From the NCBI GenBank assembly GCA_951406725.2, contig OX597818.1:62124001-62188000 (forward strand): a stretch of 64,000 nucleotides of DNA, in the 5' to 3' direction. Position numbers and translations under genes: made by a program. This DNA is from Octopus vulgaris. Its lineage: Eukaryota. Each line of letters starts with the position of its first letter. Position 1 is the first letter of the stretch. The notes under the pieces were generated by a model that was not told where the DNA came from, did not search any database, and worked only from the letters and a program-made list of their open reading frames with translations. Of this stretch, positions 12,720-27,249 are shown in pieces.

Positions 12720-13105
12720 CTAGCAGTATCGCCCGGCGTTGCTCAGGTTTGTAAGGGAAATAACTATAAAGCATTTTTAGAGAGTTATAGCCAAAAAATA
12801 GCAAAAAAATTGGAAAAAAATGATGGTAAATTTTTTTTGAGAGTTAAAGAAGGTGGAGTTGCGTCCCCTAGACAGTTTGCGGTTTGTGTTTCTGATTCTC
12901 GACCCCATGTCGAATTTATCGATTTTTTTTCAGAACTGGGGGAACTTTTCAAAATTTTCGCTGCGTTAGTTTTGAATTATGACATTGGGCTATGTGTGTG
13001 TCAAGTTTCATCAGAATCGGTTGAAAGCCGTGGTCAGGGTGAGGGTACAAGCAAACAGACACACAGAAACACGCACAGACAAACTGCCGTTTATATATAG
13101 AGAGA
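12720..13105 (-). mobile_element. Non-autonomous Helitron
   Basis: A|TCTCTCTATATATAA 5' end; hairpin CCTGAGCAACGCCGGG then CTAG|T at 3' end; no TSD; 3' end shared with 47243-48144. Confidence 0.85.
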
Positions 13106-14839
13106 TAAATGCTTCATTTATTTGATGGGTTTTAGCCCTCCTTCAACGGCTCTAGGGTTGGCCACTAGAACATATTACACTCAATCTTTTGGGGGAGAAG
13201 AAAAACATAAGAAGCAAATATAATGAAATCTGTTTAACAGATAAAAGTTTAATCGTTTGGTGTCGTTTTGAATAGAAGGAATGATTCCTGTAATACAATG
13301 GATCATGAGGACGAACATGAAATCCTTTCACGATATAGTCACGTGTCTAAGTTTGTCTAACCAGCCTGGAACTCTGTCTAACCAAGCTTCTCCTCCATAT
13401 TCAAGCTATACGACCTGTTGAGGAAGTTAAAATTCAACCGAGTGAATGAAATATTCAGGAGTTAAACTGTTTTCTGTCGTAAGTTACTCATATGTAGCAA
13501 AACCCAATTCCATCTTAAGAGACGAGGTTATCTGAAAAGAAAATGCTATGAGCTAAGAAACAAGGCAATAGGAATATAGATCTGATGTTTCTTCAGCCAG
13601 GATACAACCTGTCGAAAGACTGACGTGTCATAGCTGTCGAAGTTGCAATGGTCATGACTATAATTTGGTGAATCCGACCGAAGCATTGTGCATGTAACTT
13701 ATTGAAGTTTGTGTCGGAAATATAAAGAATTGTTGGTAAGGATAACAGCAATAAAGAATTTTGTCAATTCTTTTTTTCTTTCTGTTATTTACTACAGTAC
13801 TTGTATGAAGTCTAAAAGGGGAAAAAAAAAGGAAAATATAACGGACGAGTTGAGCGCTTTTCAGATATGGATTAACATTTGTGAGGATAAAGGGCTCGTA
13901 TATTGACAGATAATATCGAAAATGTTAACTGAAAGGGGTTTCTAGTATGCATTGTTACACTGAGCCGAACTTTCCGATAGGAAGTCTCATTTAATAGATA
14001 CAAAAATCAAAAAAGAAATAACCTCGACACAGGAAGTCAGCAGAAAAACGCTTTTATTAGGCAGCGTTTTGTCTTTAATTGTTGGCATCACCTGCCAACT
14101 TTTGACGAAGGCTGGCGATCGTTTGCCAAATTGAAAAATCGAAGTAAAAATTGAGAACTGTCTACCAAAATAAATAAATAAACGAATAAATAGTTAAATG
14201 ATGAGTTAAGGAAATTAAATAAAAACAAAACAATCTTATTATTGTTTCTTTATCATTTTTTTTTGCGTTCCTGTGTAATTTATTTTGCAAACAAAAGCAA
14301 TGAAAAAATATATAAGTAAAAAGAAAAAAAACCCCAGAAAAACATACGAAGAGGAAAATACATATAATAACATAATTTCAGCTGAAACGCATTTCATGCT
14401 TACCAATATTCTTCTTAATTACTCGCTTCAGTCTTGCTCTTTATCGATTAACTGATTCGTGGAAGAGAAACATGGAGGAAACTGCTGCAGTGGTCGTTCA
14501 CATTCGCTCTTGCAACGATTAATAACTGAATTCCCTACTTTGGCTGTTTGTCAGTTCACCGTTATTAACCTAAGCAGAGAATGTACGTGATTTAGAAAAC
14601 TGTTTAAATAGTGAAGTTAACTAAAATATTTTGTAATGCTAATCTGTCTTCGCTTCTGATTTTGTGGAAAAAACATTAATATTACATTTTGGCTTCCGTT
14701 TCTCAAATCCACAGCCATTTCTTATATTCGTGCTTATGTCAGAGAAAGAAACATCGATTTTCTCCTTCTTCGATGTGAGGTCAATAGTAAAGAGGTTCGG
14801 AGATGATTGTTAAAAGATTGCCTATTGTGTCGGTCTCTA

Positions 14840-15045
14840 ATTTTAGCACAAGGCCAGCAATTTCGGGGGAGGAGGTAAGTCGATTACATCGACCCCAGTA
14901 TTCAACTGGTACTTATTTTATCGACCCCGAAAGGATGAAAGATAAAGTCGGCCTCAGCGGAATTTGAACTCAGAACGTAAAGACGGATGAAATGCCGCTA
15001 AGCATTTCCCCAGCGTGCTAACGGTTCTGCCAGTTCACCGACTCA
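14840..15045 (-). mobile_element. SINE D
   Basis: Reverse-complement Meta-like core and head. Confidence 0.8.
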
Positions 15046-15741
15046 CTGGTACCTATTATGTCAATACCAGAACGATGAAAGCAAACTTTATTTTTGAACA
15101 ATTAAAATAAACCTTTGTAGCAAGTTGAGACTAATACCTTAAAAACAAGAATTAATTTTTCTCAGTCATACACAAAGCACAGCAGTCGATACCAAAGTCT
15201 CCCCCATCGCACAATAACCAACCAAAATATTGTTGCCTTAAATAAGAAGGATTATTAGAACAGGTAAGCAACAGAATCGGTAAAGTGATTGATACATAAC
15301 ATAGTTACATCCTTTTATATTCTGTTTTTAAGAATCCAGCTTTTGACCAAATTTCCTTTGAAGAGAAATCGGTTTAATCGATTGATTAGCGGTCAAATAC
15401 CTGTCATAAAACTATGTTCTCGGCAAAGTGGACTCACCAAAAACATGGATTTAGGAATAACTTTTACCATATTACCATGGGTGCGTTTTTTCCTTGGCTT
15501 TTTGTTCTTTGGTTTCTTTGATGTAGCGTCAACGAATGTCAGCGGGTGAATGACCACCCTGACAAATTTCCCCTTAAATACTCGCCAGTAGGCTCCAGCA
15601 GCCAGCACTAGCGCCAGCCAACTGACACGTGACACAATCTTAGCTTCAACTGACCAATGGAGTGGAAAGGCGCGTAGTTTTGCTCTGCGCCGTCTCTAGA
15701 TCTACCTTCCAACAGAGTCATCTTAGTTTCAGCTCCAGCAG

Positions 15742-15925
15742 CCAGGCGAAATGCTGCTAAGCATTTTGTCCATGTTTACGTTCTGAGTTCGAATACCGCC
15801 CAGATCGACTTTACCTTTTATCCTTTCGGGGTCGATAAAATAAGTACCAGTTGCATACTGGGGTTGATGTAATCGACTTACCTCCTCCCCTACCATGGTT
15901 GGCTTTGTTCCAAAATTTGAAATCC
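15742..15925 (+). mobile_element. SINE D, 5' truncated
   Basis: Meta-like core. Confidence 0.7.
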
Positions 15926-16324
15926 ATATTTATTTGTAAAGTAAATGTGGAAATGTCTCTCATGTCCTTCCCTCATCACATTCTCTTTCTCAAAGAATCT
16001 GACGGCAGCAGTGAAAATGGAGGATGTTGTAGCGCTTAAGTTACTAATGAAGTACAAAGAACTGACTTACAGACACACTTACAGACGCCCAAAACTTATA
16101 CAGACTTACACATATATACAAGCACATACACATATATGCATATATATGTACCTACATCATACATCATATATATATAATATAAATAATATAAATATATATA
16201 TGCATATATAATAATATAAATATATATGTGCATATATAGTAATATAAATAATATATAAATATATGCATATATACATACATATATGTACATACTTACATAT
16301 ATATGTATATGTACATGCATATAT

Positions 16325-17010
16325 TGGTACAGGACGTCAAAACAACGTCAACAAAATGAGAAACGAGAACATAAAAAGCAAAATCATAGAAAACGAACTT
16401 TTTTTTTGAACAACGAAGGAAAGAGAGAAACGCGACAAGCAACATAAAGAAAATCCCCTACATCAGTTGTCCCCTGTTTTATCTACTCCGCGTTTCGAAG
16501 GTAGGGACAAGACGCAACTTCATTAAAACAGTCCTTCCCGCAAAGCAAATTCAATAAAATTTGGGATTTTCGGCGGAGGGTTAAAGTGGTAACAAAAATA
16601 GGACAGGAAGAACAAAGTAGTAAAAACACACTGTGAGGGCTGTTAAGCCATGACGAGATGAATTGGTGAACGCTGGAAAAACGTGCTTTGAGAAGAGACT
16701 GGGAAGAGTACGTCTTGTCTTTAGGAAGGAACTGGAAGAAAGGAAGATGGACAGCTGTTGGTCACGTGTGAGCAACGAGAGAGTCAAGGAGGAAGAGTAA
16801 GATAGATAGAGAGAGATAGGGAATAGTGAAGGGAGAGAGAAGAATAGGGAAAGGGAGGGAGAAAAACGGAAAGGAAGAAGAACAGGAGAGCGAGATACAT
16901 AGAAACAATAGAGAGGGATAGAGTGCGGAAATACGAAAATAAATTTGGCTACGCAAACAACGAGAGAAACAAATGGAAAACATGACAAGTAACATAAAGA
17001 ACGACCCTCC
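16325..17010 (-). mobile_element. Probable Penelope-like fragment with degenerate hammerhead (16474-16531)
   Basis: CTGTTT-TAATGA-AG..CTTC-GAAA-CGCGGAG-TA-GATAAAACAG; next to a TA-rich tract. Confidence 0.45.
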
Positions 17011-17248
17011 ATTAGTTGTCGGCTGTCCTTCTATTCCTTATTTCGAGCATTGAAATATATATATATATAAATGCACATCCACCCACACACCCGCACAAAC
17101 ACACACATGTATGCATATACACACATGGGGGCGGGTGTACGACTGAGTTTATAAGCGCCAGTAAAAACACTCGACACAGAAGCGTACATATGGGTATGTA
17201 CGTTTGTGTGTGTTGTGTGTGTGTGTGTGTGTGTGTACTATGTATGTG

Positions 17249-18336
17249 TCAGGTCACTCTCAAGAGCGATTGGGAATGTCTGTCTGAATACAACCTAACG
17301 CATGGTCGGGCTGTCGGCAACTAAATTGGCGATCCTACCAACCGTGGGTGGTAAAGAGGTTGTGCTGGCCACCCCCTCCAGGATGAAAACCAAAAGCTGT
17401 CAAACATCATATGAAGTCAGTTGAATTGACCCCCACCCAACAACTGGGAATAAGAGAGTCCTAGACTTTGTTTCGATATCTCTCTAAAAGAAAGAAGCTC
17501 TGGCGCAACATCTGCGACTTCGGTTGCATCCAATGATGTAGACCAGTTCTTCTTTTTAAGTAAAATTTATGCGTTTTTAGAGAGAAAGTTTGGTGCTGTG
17601 TAAGGCCTTTGTTCACTTTAAAAAGCTTCAGGTCCTGACATACCTTGATGTTAAACATCCCTATTATCATCTCTGTTAGGGATTGCATGCTACGACTGGT
17701 CCTAGCCGTCAAAGGTAAAATATTCTATAAAGATATTCCATGATGGCATGAAGACATGTGTCAGTGTGAGTAGTAAGCTCTCTGAACATCTACTGCAAGA
17801 GGTGTCCATCGTTGCCACATCTGTGGAGTGTCCCCAGAAGGAATGGAAAGTCTCATACAAGTGCTTTAGAAGAATACTCAAGTGATGGCATTCGTCGAAA
17901 TCGAATGGCATCAATCACTTGTATGTATATATGTATGTATGTATATTGGAAGAGTCTTCCTATGATGCTGACATGCAGTATCTGTGCAAGACCCTGCCCC
18001 AGTAAAGATGGACTCAAGAGTCATCTTCGTAGTCATAAAGCGTGATAGATGAGTGACAACCTGGCCACTGGTGGTGGTGCGACACACCATACTAATCATA
18101 TCTGTCGGGCATGTGGAAGAGAGTGCAATTCGGCAGGAGGACTTAAACGACATGCAAAGGTACATGAAGCCCAGTTACAACTACAGCCGGCTACTGCCGG
18201 TAAAGGTTTTAGCTGCCAATTCTGTACAAGACATTGTAGATCTTTAGCTGGGCTAAAAAGTCACATTCGATCACAGCACCAGTAACAGTTAAGCTTCGTG
18301 CAATGGCTATACTCGATAACGCGGGGGCAGCTATCA
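17249..18336 (+). mobile_element. Internally deleted RTE-clade LINE ending in three C2H2 zinc fingers
   Basis: IFHDGMKTCVSV RT remnant; CSIC..H..H, CRAC..H..H and CQFC..H..H in one frame broken by TGA TAG at 18043-18048; RTE-like 3' tail. Confidence 0.8.
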
Positions 18337-19045
18337 TGTATATGTGTGTATATGCGCTTGTTGCATATACAGCGTGTGTTGTGTTATATAACTGAATAAA
18401 TAAATAGATAAATAAATAAATAAATACGTGTATGTGAGTGTGCTTGTGGTCAGAAAAACTGCTTTATACTGATATCTTACACACCAGGGAATATTGTGAT
18501 AGAATTAACATTATTTGTCAGAAATTTAATAGAACGTAATCCAAAAATCCAGTCAGCAGTGACAGATCAATACTAATAATATAATATCGATTTCTAAAAT
18601 AGAAAAATACGCCATAAATTGAGTCTACCTACCCGGGTGGAGGGTAGGGGTTTATAATCGATGAAATCAACAGCAGCAGTTGGCTGGGACTTGTATCTGA
18701 TGCTCGTTTAATATTTCTGATTCATTCACCACGGATCTGGGATAACGCGATACGCTGAATGGGAACCGTGTTACGTTCAGCACAAATTGTTCTGTGATAA
18801 TACAGGTCGACTATGAGACAAAGATTCTGCTTGGTTCGCAAAACCACACACCAGCGACCATTCGTAATGCCATGCACAGGACAACTGGGAGTCTAGGAGC
18901 GAAGCCTATTGTCTCCCTGTCTTCATTTAACCCTTTTTTGTCTTAAACCAAACATCCGTGATAAACGAAGAGAGACGAACTTAATTGAATCCGGCCGTCT
19001 TCGCGTACACAGCTTTTGTACTCAGAGAATATATGACAATGTTCT

Positions 19046-19770
<725 letters not shown>

Positions 19771-19816
19771 ATACTAATAGTAATAATAATAATAATAATA
19801 ATCTCTTCTGTTATAG

Positions 19817-20141
19817 CAGGGCTTCTTAATCTATGGATCACGACTCGAAATGGGGTCGCCGAGCGAAATGCTGGTGTCGCGAAAATTAAATTCAACCATA
19901 TGAATTTCAGTCGATGTATTATTTCCCAAAAGCACAAATCCTGAAACAACTTTTATTTTCATAAATAATACAGCTACATCTTTTATATGTATATCGTTCA
20001 GCAAAAAAAAAAAAAAAAACCCCAAAAAACATGATTTATGTATTTGTTTCTATGTTTTGTTTTATATTTAATATTTGGGGTTGCGAAAATTCTCGTGATG
20101 AAAAATGGGGTCATGAATGAAAAAAGGTTTAAGAAGCTCTG
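19817..20141. mobile_element. hAT-type MITE
   Basis: TIRs CAGGGCTTCTTAA / TTAAGAAGCTCTG; 8-bp TSD TGTTATAG / TGTTATAT. Confidence 0.85.
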
Positions 20142-20149
20142 TGTTATAT

Positions 20150-20540
20150 GTACAACACCCGAAATTTGGTGGAGAGGGGGAAGTCAATTACATCGACTCC
20201 AGTACTCAACTGTCAATTATTTTATCGATCCCGAAAGAACGAAAGGGCAAGTCGACCTCGGTGGCATTTGAACTCAGAACGTGAAGTCGGAACAAATGGC
20301 GCTAAACATTTTGTCCGGTGAGAATAATAACAATTATCCGTTCTACTACGGGGTCAAGGCCTGACATTTTGGGAAATGTACTGGCGTCGATCTAATCGAC
20401 TCCAGGACTTAACTGTTACTTTATTTTATCGCCCCCGAAAGAAAGATTGGCTAAGATGATATCGGCGGGATTTGAAGCTAGAACGGAAGAAATGTCGCTA
20501 AGCATTTAGTCCGATACGCTAACCATTCTGCCAGTTCATT
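20150..20540 (-). mobile_element. Two decayed SINE D copies
   Basis: Two reverse Meta-like cores. Confidence 0.7.
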
Positions 20541-21039
20541 TGATGGAGCTAATTGTTCGAAAACTGCTCCCCAACAACATCGCATTCTACACGAGGCTGC
20601 TTTCTTCTTCGAAAGGTCGCTTAGAAACACTTCTTGCAGAAAATGCTGTCTCTGCATCAAGAAAGATGTCATTTCATGTTGAATATTACATTCATTCTAC
20701 TTACTACTCTCACCATTTGCATTTATATTTCATATAATTCTATGTTAAGTTAATATAGGAAATATTCACAAACCGACCATTTCTTGTCTCTTGAGACAAA
20801 CAGATGTCGTGTTGTTCACTTAGCGCTGCTTGTCTCATTCTGGTTCGTGACATTTCCTTCTTTCTGTATCGAAATATTGGGCTGCACCACAAATATCCAC
20901 CTCTTTTTCTGTCGGTTATTCACCATCGATTTCCACTCGTATATATTGATGCCTCTCGTTTTCAACAACATTTTAAAACCTTTTTTTCCCGACTCGTGTG
21001 CACTGCACCCCTCCAGCTTTCTGTAAAACGGTCGCTTAT

Positions 21040-21640
21040 GACATAGAGGGTTAGACTACAGAGGCTGATGCTCTGTAATCAAAGTTCCAATGCTGCAGAT
21101 GTTCTCCTGTTCTGTTACTAAAGGTGCATGATTTTCCTCAGACATCTCTCTTAGTATATTCCCAGCTTAAACAGGTGTCAACTATTTGTCCAGGCGTCAG
21201 AGCTATGTCAGCAACAGTTTCATATATTACGTTTAGTTGGTTCCTCAGATTAAGATTTCACACACCCGTCTTCTCAGACAAACAAATGTTGCACTGACAC
21301 ATTTAATCCATAGTTGGATCTCCTCATCAATACCATTGTTCTGTGATAGGTGGCTCCTCAAGTATCGGAAGTGCTCTTACATTTCCCTTTCAATTCATGT
21401 ACCCGTATGACTTGACCAGGTCCCTTCTCTTTGGGCACCGGTCGAAGTAAGAACTTTGTTGTATTACCTACACAGAGAGTTAACCTCAGACTCATTTGTG
21501 TCAACAAAAACATTGACGATTATCTGTACTTCTGCTGAGGTCACTCTTAATATAATATCAGTTGTGCATTAAAGATCAATTACGGATGTTAATCGTGATT
21601 TATGATTTGGCACAGATTCTGCCAAGGTTGAATAACTTGC
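21040..21640 (-). pseudogene. Decayed RTE/BovB-like reverse transcriptase fragment
   Basis: EHFRYLRSHLSQNNGIDEEIQLWIKCVSATFVCLRRRV resembles FxYLGSxLS..IDxEI..RI.KAS.AFGRL. Confidence 0.7.
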
Positions 21641-22052
21641 CATTTGTTCAGTAACTGATCGTGCATAATAGACGTAAGGGTGGAGCAATTAAACGTCCAT
21701 GCTTTACACCGATTCTGCTTTCAAAATTGAACCGTGGCGGAAAACTGACGTCATATTTCGGTCTTCATGTCGTTGTGCAGAAGCCGTGTAATTGTAGTCA
21801 ATGAAACGAGTGGGTGAATTAAAGAGATCATGTCTGAGTTGCCCGCAGACAATCGTGTCTTTAACTAAATGTTCGGTACAGTCCACCGTTACACACATGT
21901 TGTGTTACGGTTGACATTTGGCTTACCAGTAGAGTAGTCGTCGCCTCTCCAATTTCACGTACAATGTTTGGTTTTATCGGCTAGAGATTTGCCTGAGACA
22001 CAACGCAACAGATTCGAAATTCTTATGAATTCCGCTATTTGTCCATTGTTTT

Positions 22053-22345
22053 TACCTACCTACCTACCTACCTACCTACCTACCTACCTACCTACCTACC
22101 TACCTAAACCTACCTACCTACCTACCTACCTACCTACCTACCTACCTACCTACCTACCTACCTACCTACCTACCTACTTACCTACCTACATACCTACCTA
22201 CCTACCTACCTACCTACCTACCTACCTACCTACCTACCTACCTACCTACCTACCTACCTACCTACCTACCTACCTACCTACCTACCTACCTACCTACCTA
22301 CATATCTGTCTGTCTGTCTGCCTGTCTATTTATCTATTTATTTAT

Positions 22346-22382
<37 letters not shown>

Positions 22383-22400
22383 CATCTATCGGTCTGTCTA
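22053..22400. repeat. (CTAC)n followed by (TCTG)/(TATT)/(TATC) tetranucleotide array
   Basis: Direct reading. Confidence 0.95.
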
Positions 22401-22658
22401 TCGATGCACACACAGAGTGAGAAAGAAAGACAGAGAAAGAGAGAGAGAGAGAGTGTATGAATGTGTGCGTGCGTGCGTGTATGACTGTGTGTGTGTTGTG
22501 TGTGATGTGTTTGTAAAAGTGAGAGAATTAATGACTCGCCAATAAGAAAACAATAAAATAAGCTGAAAAAACAGGAGCAAAAAAAAAAGCAAACAAAACA
22601 AAAAGAAAAAAACCGAACAATCAGAGAAAAAAACAGAATCTCTCTCTCTCTCTCTCTC

Positions 22659-22954
<296 letters not shown>

Positions 22955-23109
22955 TTAGTGTTTAAATTTTAATACGTGGCAATAGTGAAATAAATAAATC
23001 TCTTTAGAAAACTCTTAGCGAAATATTTCACTTTTCCATTCCGGATCATTATTTGGGAAAAATTTTCCATAAACTTGTACATTGTATCGATGTTTTTTAT
23101 GGCGCTATT

Positions 23110-23140
<31 letters not shown>

Positions 23141-23557
23141 TTATTATTATTATTATCATTTATTATTTATTTATTTATGATTTTTGTTTTGTCGTTTTGG
23201 ACGTCATAGGAAAGCGTTAAAGAAGTTAACCAGCCATTGCCGAGCTCGCGAATGATCATAAAATTGTCATTTAAACGTGAAAACTATCGACTTCCTGTCA
23301 TCCTTGCCGGTGACAGACGAGCTTGCAATTGTTTTTATTTTGAACCGGGAGGGGGTCGAGATTGGGGATAGAGATAGAGAGATAGAGAGAGGAAGAGGGG
23401 GAGAGAGAGAGAGATAAGGGTTTTAGGGTGATAGGATGATGGCGGTGAGAAGGAGACTGAAAAAAGAAACGAGAGAGATATAAAAAGCGCGCGAATGATA
23501 CAGAAAAGATAATTTGATTGGAGGGTGGACACACAGACACACACATATATATACTCG

Positions 23558-23590
<33 letters not shown>

Positions 23591-23724
23591 GGAGAATGAG
23601 GGAGAATGAGAGAGAGGAATAGCGAGAGAGAGAGGAGATAGAGAGGGAGAGAGAGCGTGTGTTAAGGAAAGAGACAGGGTGATAACACACACATACATAC
23701 AGGGAGAGAGAGAGAGAGAGAAAG

Positions 23725-23755
<31 letters not shown>

Positions 23756-23928
23756 GGGAGAGAAAGAGAGAGAAAGAGAGAGAGGGAGGGAGAAAATGAG
23801 CGAGAGAGAGAGAGATACAATTATATACAGAGAAAAGGAGGTAGAAAATCAGAGATGAAGATATATCAAGAGAGTTTTTGTGATGTAAAAAGAAACAGAG
23901 AGAGAGAGAGAGAGATAGACAAAGATAG

Positions 23929-23962
<34 letters not shown>

Positions 23963-24279
23963 TAATACAAAGAGAAAGGAAGAGAGAGAGACTATACCTG
24001 ATAGAGTGAAAGAAGAAGAACGAATGAGGGGGTGTTTGTGTAGTGTGTGACGTAAACTGGAGGCATAAGATGAAGTGTGTTTGTGTAATGGTGACACTGG
24101 GGTGGGGTCTGGGTTGTGGTGGCGGAAGGCGAGGCGAAAATCGATAGCAATATCGCTTGATTGGTTTCTCAGAATTTACAATTTTGAGGAAACAAACAAA
24201 TATTTTAAAACAGCAGAATCTGTCAATGGGAATTTTTAATGATGGGAAACAAAACAAAAACAAAAAGCAATAAAAGACA

Positions 24280-24342
<63 letters not shown>

Positions 24343-24397
24343 GACAAAACAAAAGCCAACCGATTGGCGACACTGTCGTTGTGAGATAATAGCACGC

Positions 24398-25447
24398 GAT
24401 GATGATGATGATGATGATGGTGATGAGGTTGATGATGCCGAAGGTGAAGGTGAAGATGCCGATCCTGAAGGTGGTAATGATCATAATTGTGACGATGATG
24501 ATGATGATGAAGAGGATGATGATGATGATGATGAAGTGCATGGTAATGATGACGGTAATGGAGGTGGTAGTGGAGGTGGTGGTGGGTTATGGTGAGGATT
24601 AGGATGAGGAGAGTGACGATGCCGGAGGTGAAGGTGATGATGATGATGATGATGGAAGTAGTGTTGGTGATGACGATGTTGATGATGATGATGATGATAA
24701 TGATGATGGTGATGGTAGTGGTGGTGGTGGTGGTGGTTGTGGTAGTGGTAGTGGTGGTGGTGGTGATGATGATGGATGGTGGTGGTGGTGATGGTGATGA
24801 TGATGATGATGATGGTAATGGTGGTAATGGTGGTGGTGGTGGTGATGGTGATGGTGGTGATGATGATGATGATGATGGTAATGGTGGTGGTGATGGTGGT
24901 GGTGGTGATGGTGGTGGTGGTGATGATGATGATGATGAGGGCGACGATACCAAAGGTGAAAGTGATGATGGTGATGATGATGATGATGATGGTAGTGGTG
25001 GTGGTGGTGGTGGTGATGATGATGATAAGGATGATGACGACGGTGATGGTGATGATGGCGATATTGATGCTGCTACTCTTGTTGCCGATGCATGCTGACG
25101 ATGAATGGTGAGAAAAGTAATGAGTCTGTTGTTGAGGATGATGATGGTGATGATGACGATGACAATGTTGATAATAATAATAACAACAATAATAAATAAT
25201 AATAACATGAACAATGGCGATAATGCCGACATCAACGACGACGGTGAAGTTCCAGTATACCCATTATGAATGACATTCCAACCGTGACCTTACTGTCTTT
25301 TTAGTGGGGTTTATTGAAGGCGACGAAGAGGCTTCTGTCAAAGGTGAAGGCAGTAACGGTGAAATGCTGCTGCTGCTTATGATGATGAAGATGATGATGA
25401 TGATGAAGATGGTGGCCTTGACGATCAACGTTGATGGTAGTTGTGAC

Positions 25448-25504
<57 letters not shown>

Positions 25505-25548
25505 GATTATGAGATAATGATGATGATGATGATGATTATGATGATGAC

Positions 25549-25599
<51 letters not shown>

Positions 25600-25636
25600 G
25601 ATGATGATGATGATGACGATGATGATGATGATGATT

Positions 25637-25667
<31 letters not shown>

Positions 25668-25668
25668 C

Positions 25669-25733
<65 letters not shown>

Positions 25734-25783
25734 CGATGATGATTATGATGATGACGATGATGATGATGATGATAGTGATGATG

Positions 25784-25815
<32 letters not shown>

Positions 25816-26207
25816 GATGATCATTACGATAATTATGTTGATGATGATGATGATGATGGGAAGAATAAGTGATAGAAAAAGATGACGTTGTAGTAGCAGT
25901 AGCAGCAGTTATAGGTCTTTCTGTTGTTGTTGTTATTGTTGTTGTTGTTGAGGATGGTGATGATGATGATGATGATGATGGCGATGTTATTAGTAAGGAT
26001 AATTAGGATGGATAATAATATTGATGCAACTGTGGCATTATTCCTGAGGTTAATGTTGTTGCTTTTGTTGATGTCGATAATGATGATGATGATTATGATG
26101 ATGATGATGGTGGTGATGGTGGTGGCGGTGGTGGTGGTGGTGATGATGATGATGATGATGACGACGACGATGATGACGATGACGATGACGATGATGATGA
26201 TGATGAC

Positions 26208-26245
<38 letters not shown>

Positions 26246-26253
26246 TGATGATA

Positions 26254-26299
<46 letters not shown>

Positions 26300-26339
26300 C
26301 GATGATGACGATGACGATGACGATGATGATGATGATGAC

Positions 26340-26371
<32 letters not shown>

Positions 26372-26417
26372 TGATGATAATGATGATGACGATGATGATG
26401 ATGACGATGACGATGAC

Positions 26418-26479
<62 letters not shown>

Positions 26480-26515
26480 CGATGATGATGGCGATGACGA
26501 TGATGAGGATAATGA

Positions 26516-26549
<34 letters not shown>

Positions 26550-27060
26550 GGTGGTGGCGGCGGCGGTGGTTACACTGATAATGTCGGAAAGAATAAAGGA
26601 CTAAAGTCGTATCGAAACGTTGATGTCACAGTCGCCGTCGCCTCCGTTGAGGTCGACAAATGTTTTGGTGTCAGTGATGACGACGACGATGACGAAGTTA
26701 ATGGCGAAGATGGATGATGATGATGATGACGCTGATGATGACGATGATGATGATGATGTTGATGATGATGAGGATGATGATGATGATGAGGAGGGTGTTG
26801 CTGGTGGTGGTGATGATGATGATGTTGCTGATCGTGATGCCGATGACAGGGAGAATAAAGGATAGAGCGTCGGCGTTGTCGTCGTTGTTGATGATGGTTA
26901 CGAAAATTATGATGATTACAGCAATCATGATCCGATGGCGATGGTGATGATGATGATGAGGATGATGATGATGATGATGAGGATGATGAGGATGAGGATG
27001 ATGATGATGGTGGTGATGGTGGTGGTGATGATGATGATGATGAGGATGATGAGGATGGTG
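24398..27060. repeat. 2.7-kb compound (GAT/GGT/GAC)n triplet field flanked by (GA)-rich tracts
   Basis: Direct reading; short unique islands interspersed. Confidence 0.9.
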
Positions 27061-27216
27061 TGGATGGAGGAATTATATTCGACATTTATCTAGTTGTCAG
27101 TAAAAATTTATCGGTATTAGATGAAACTACTCGTCGAAAGGGAGGGAGAGAGAAAGAAAGCGAGAGAGAGAGAGAGAGAGAGGGCGAGAGTGTGGGAGAG
27201 AGAGAGGGAGAGATGA

Positions 27217-27249
<33 letters not shown>

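Noticed and set aside
18690-18900. Ancient Tc1-like transposase remnant on the minus strand
   Set aside because: Similarity too faint to support without a search.
23298-25235. 645-aa ORF
   Set aside because: Built from triplet and dinucleotide repeats that lack stops; no domain recognisable.
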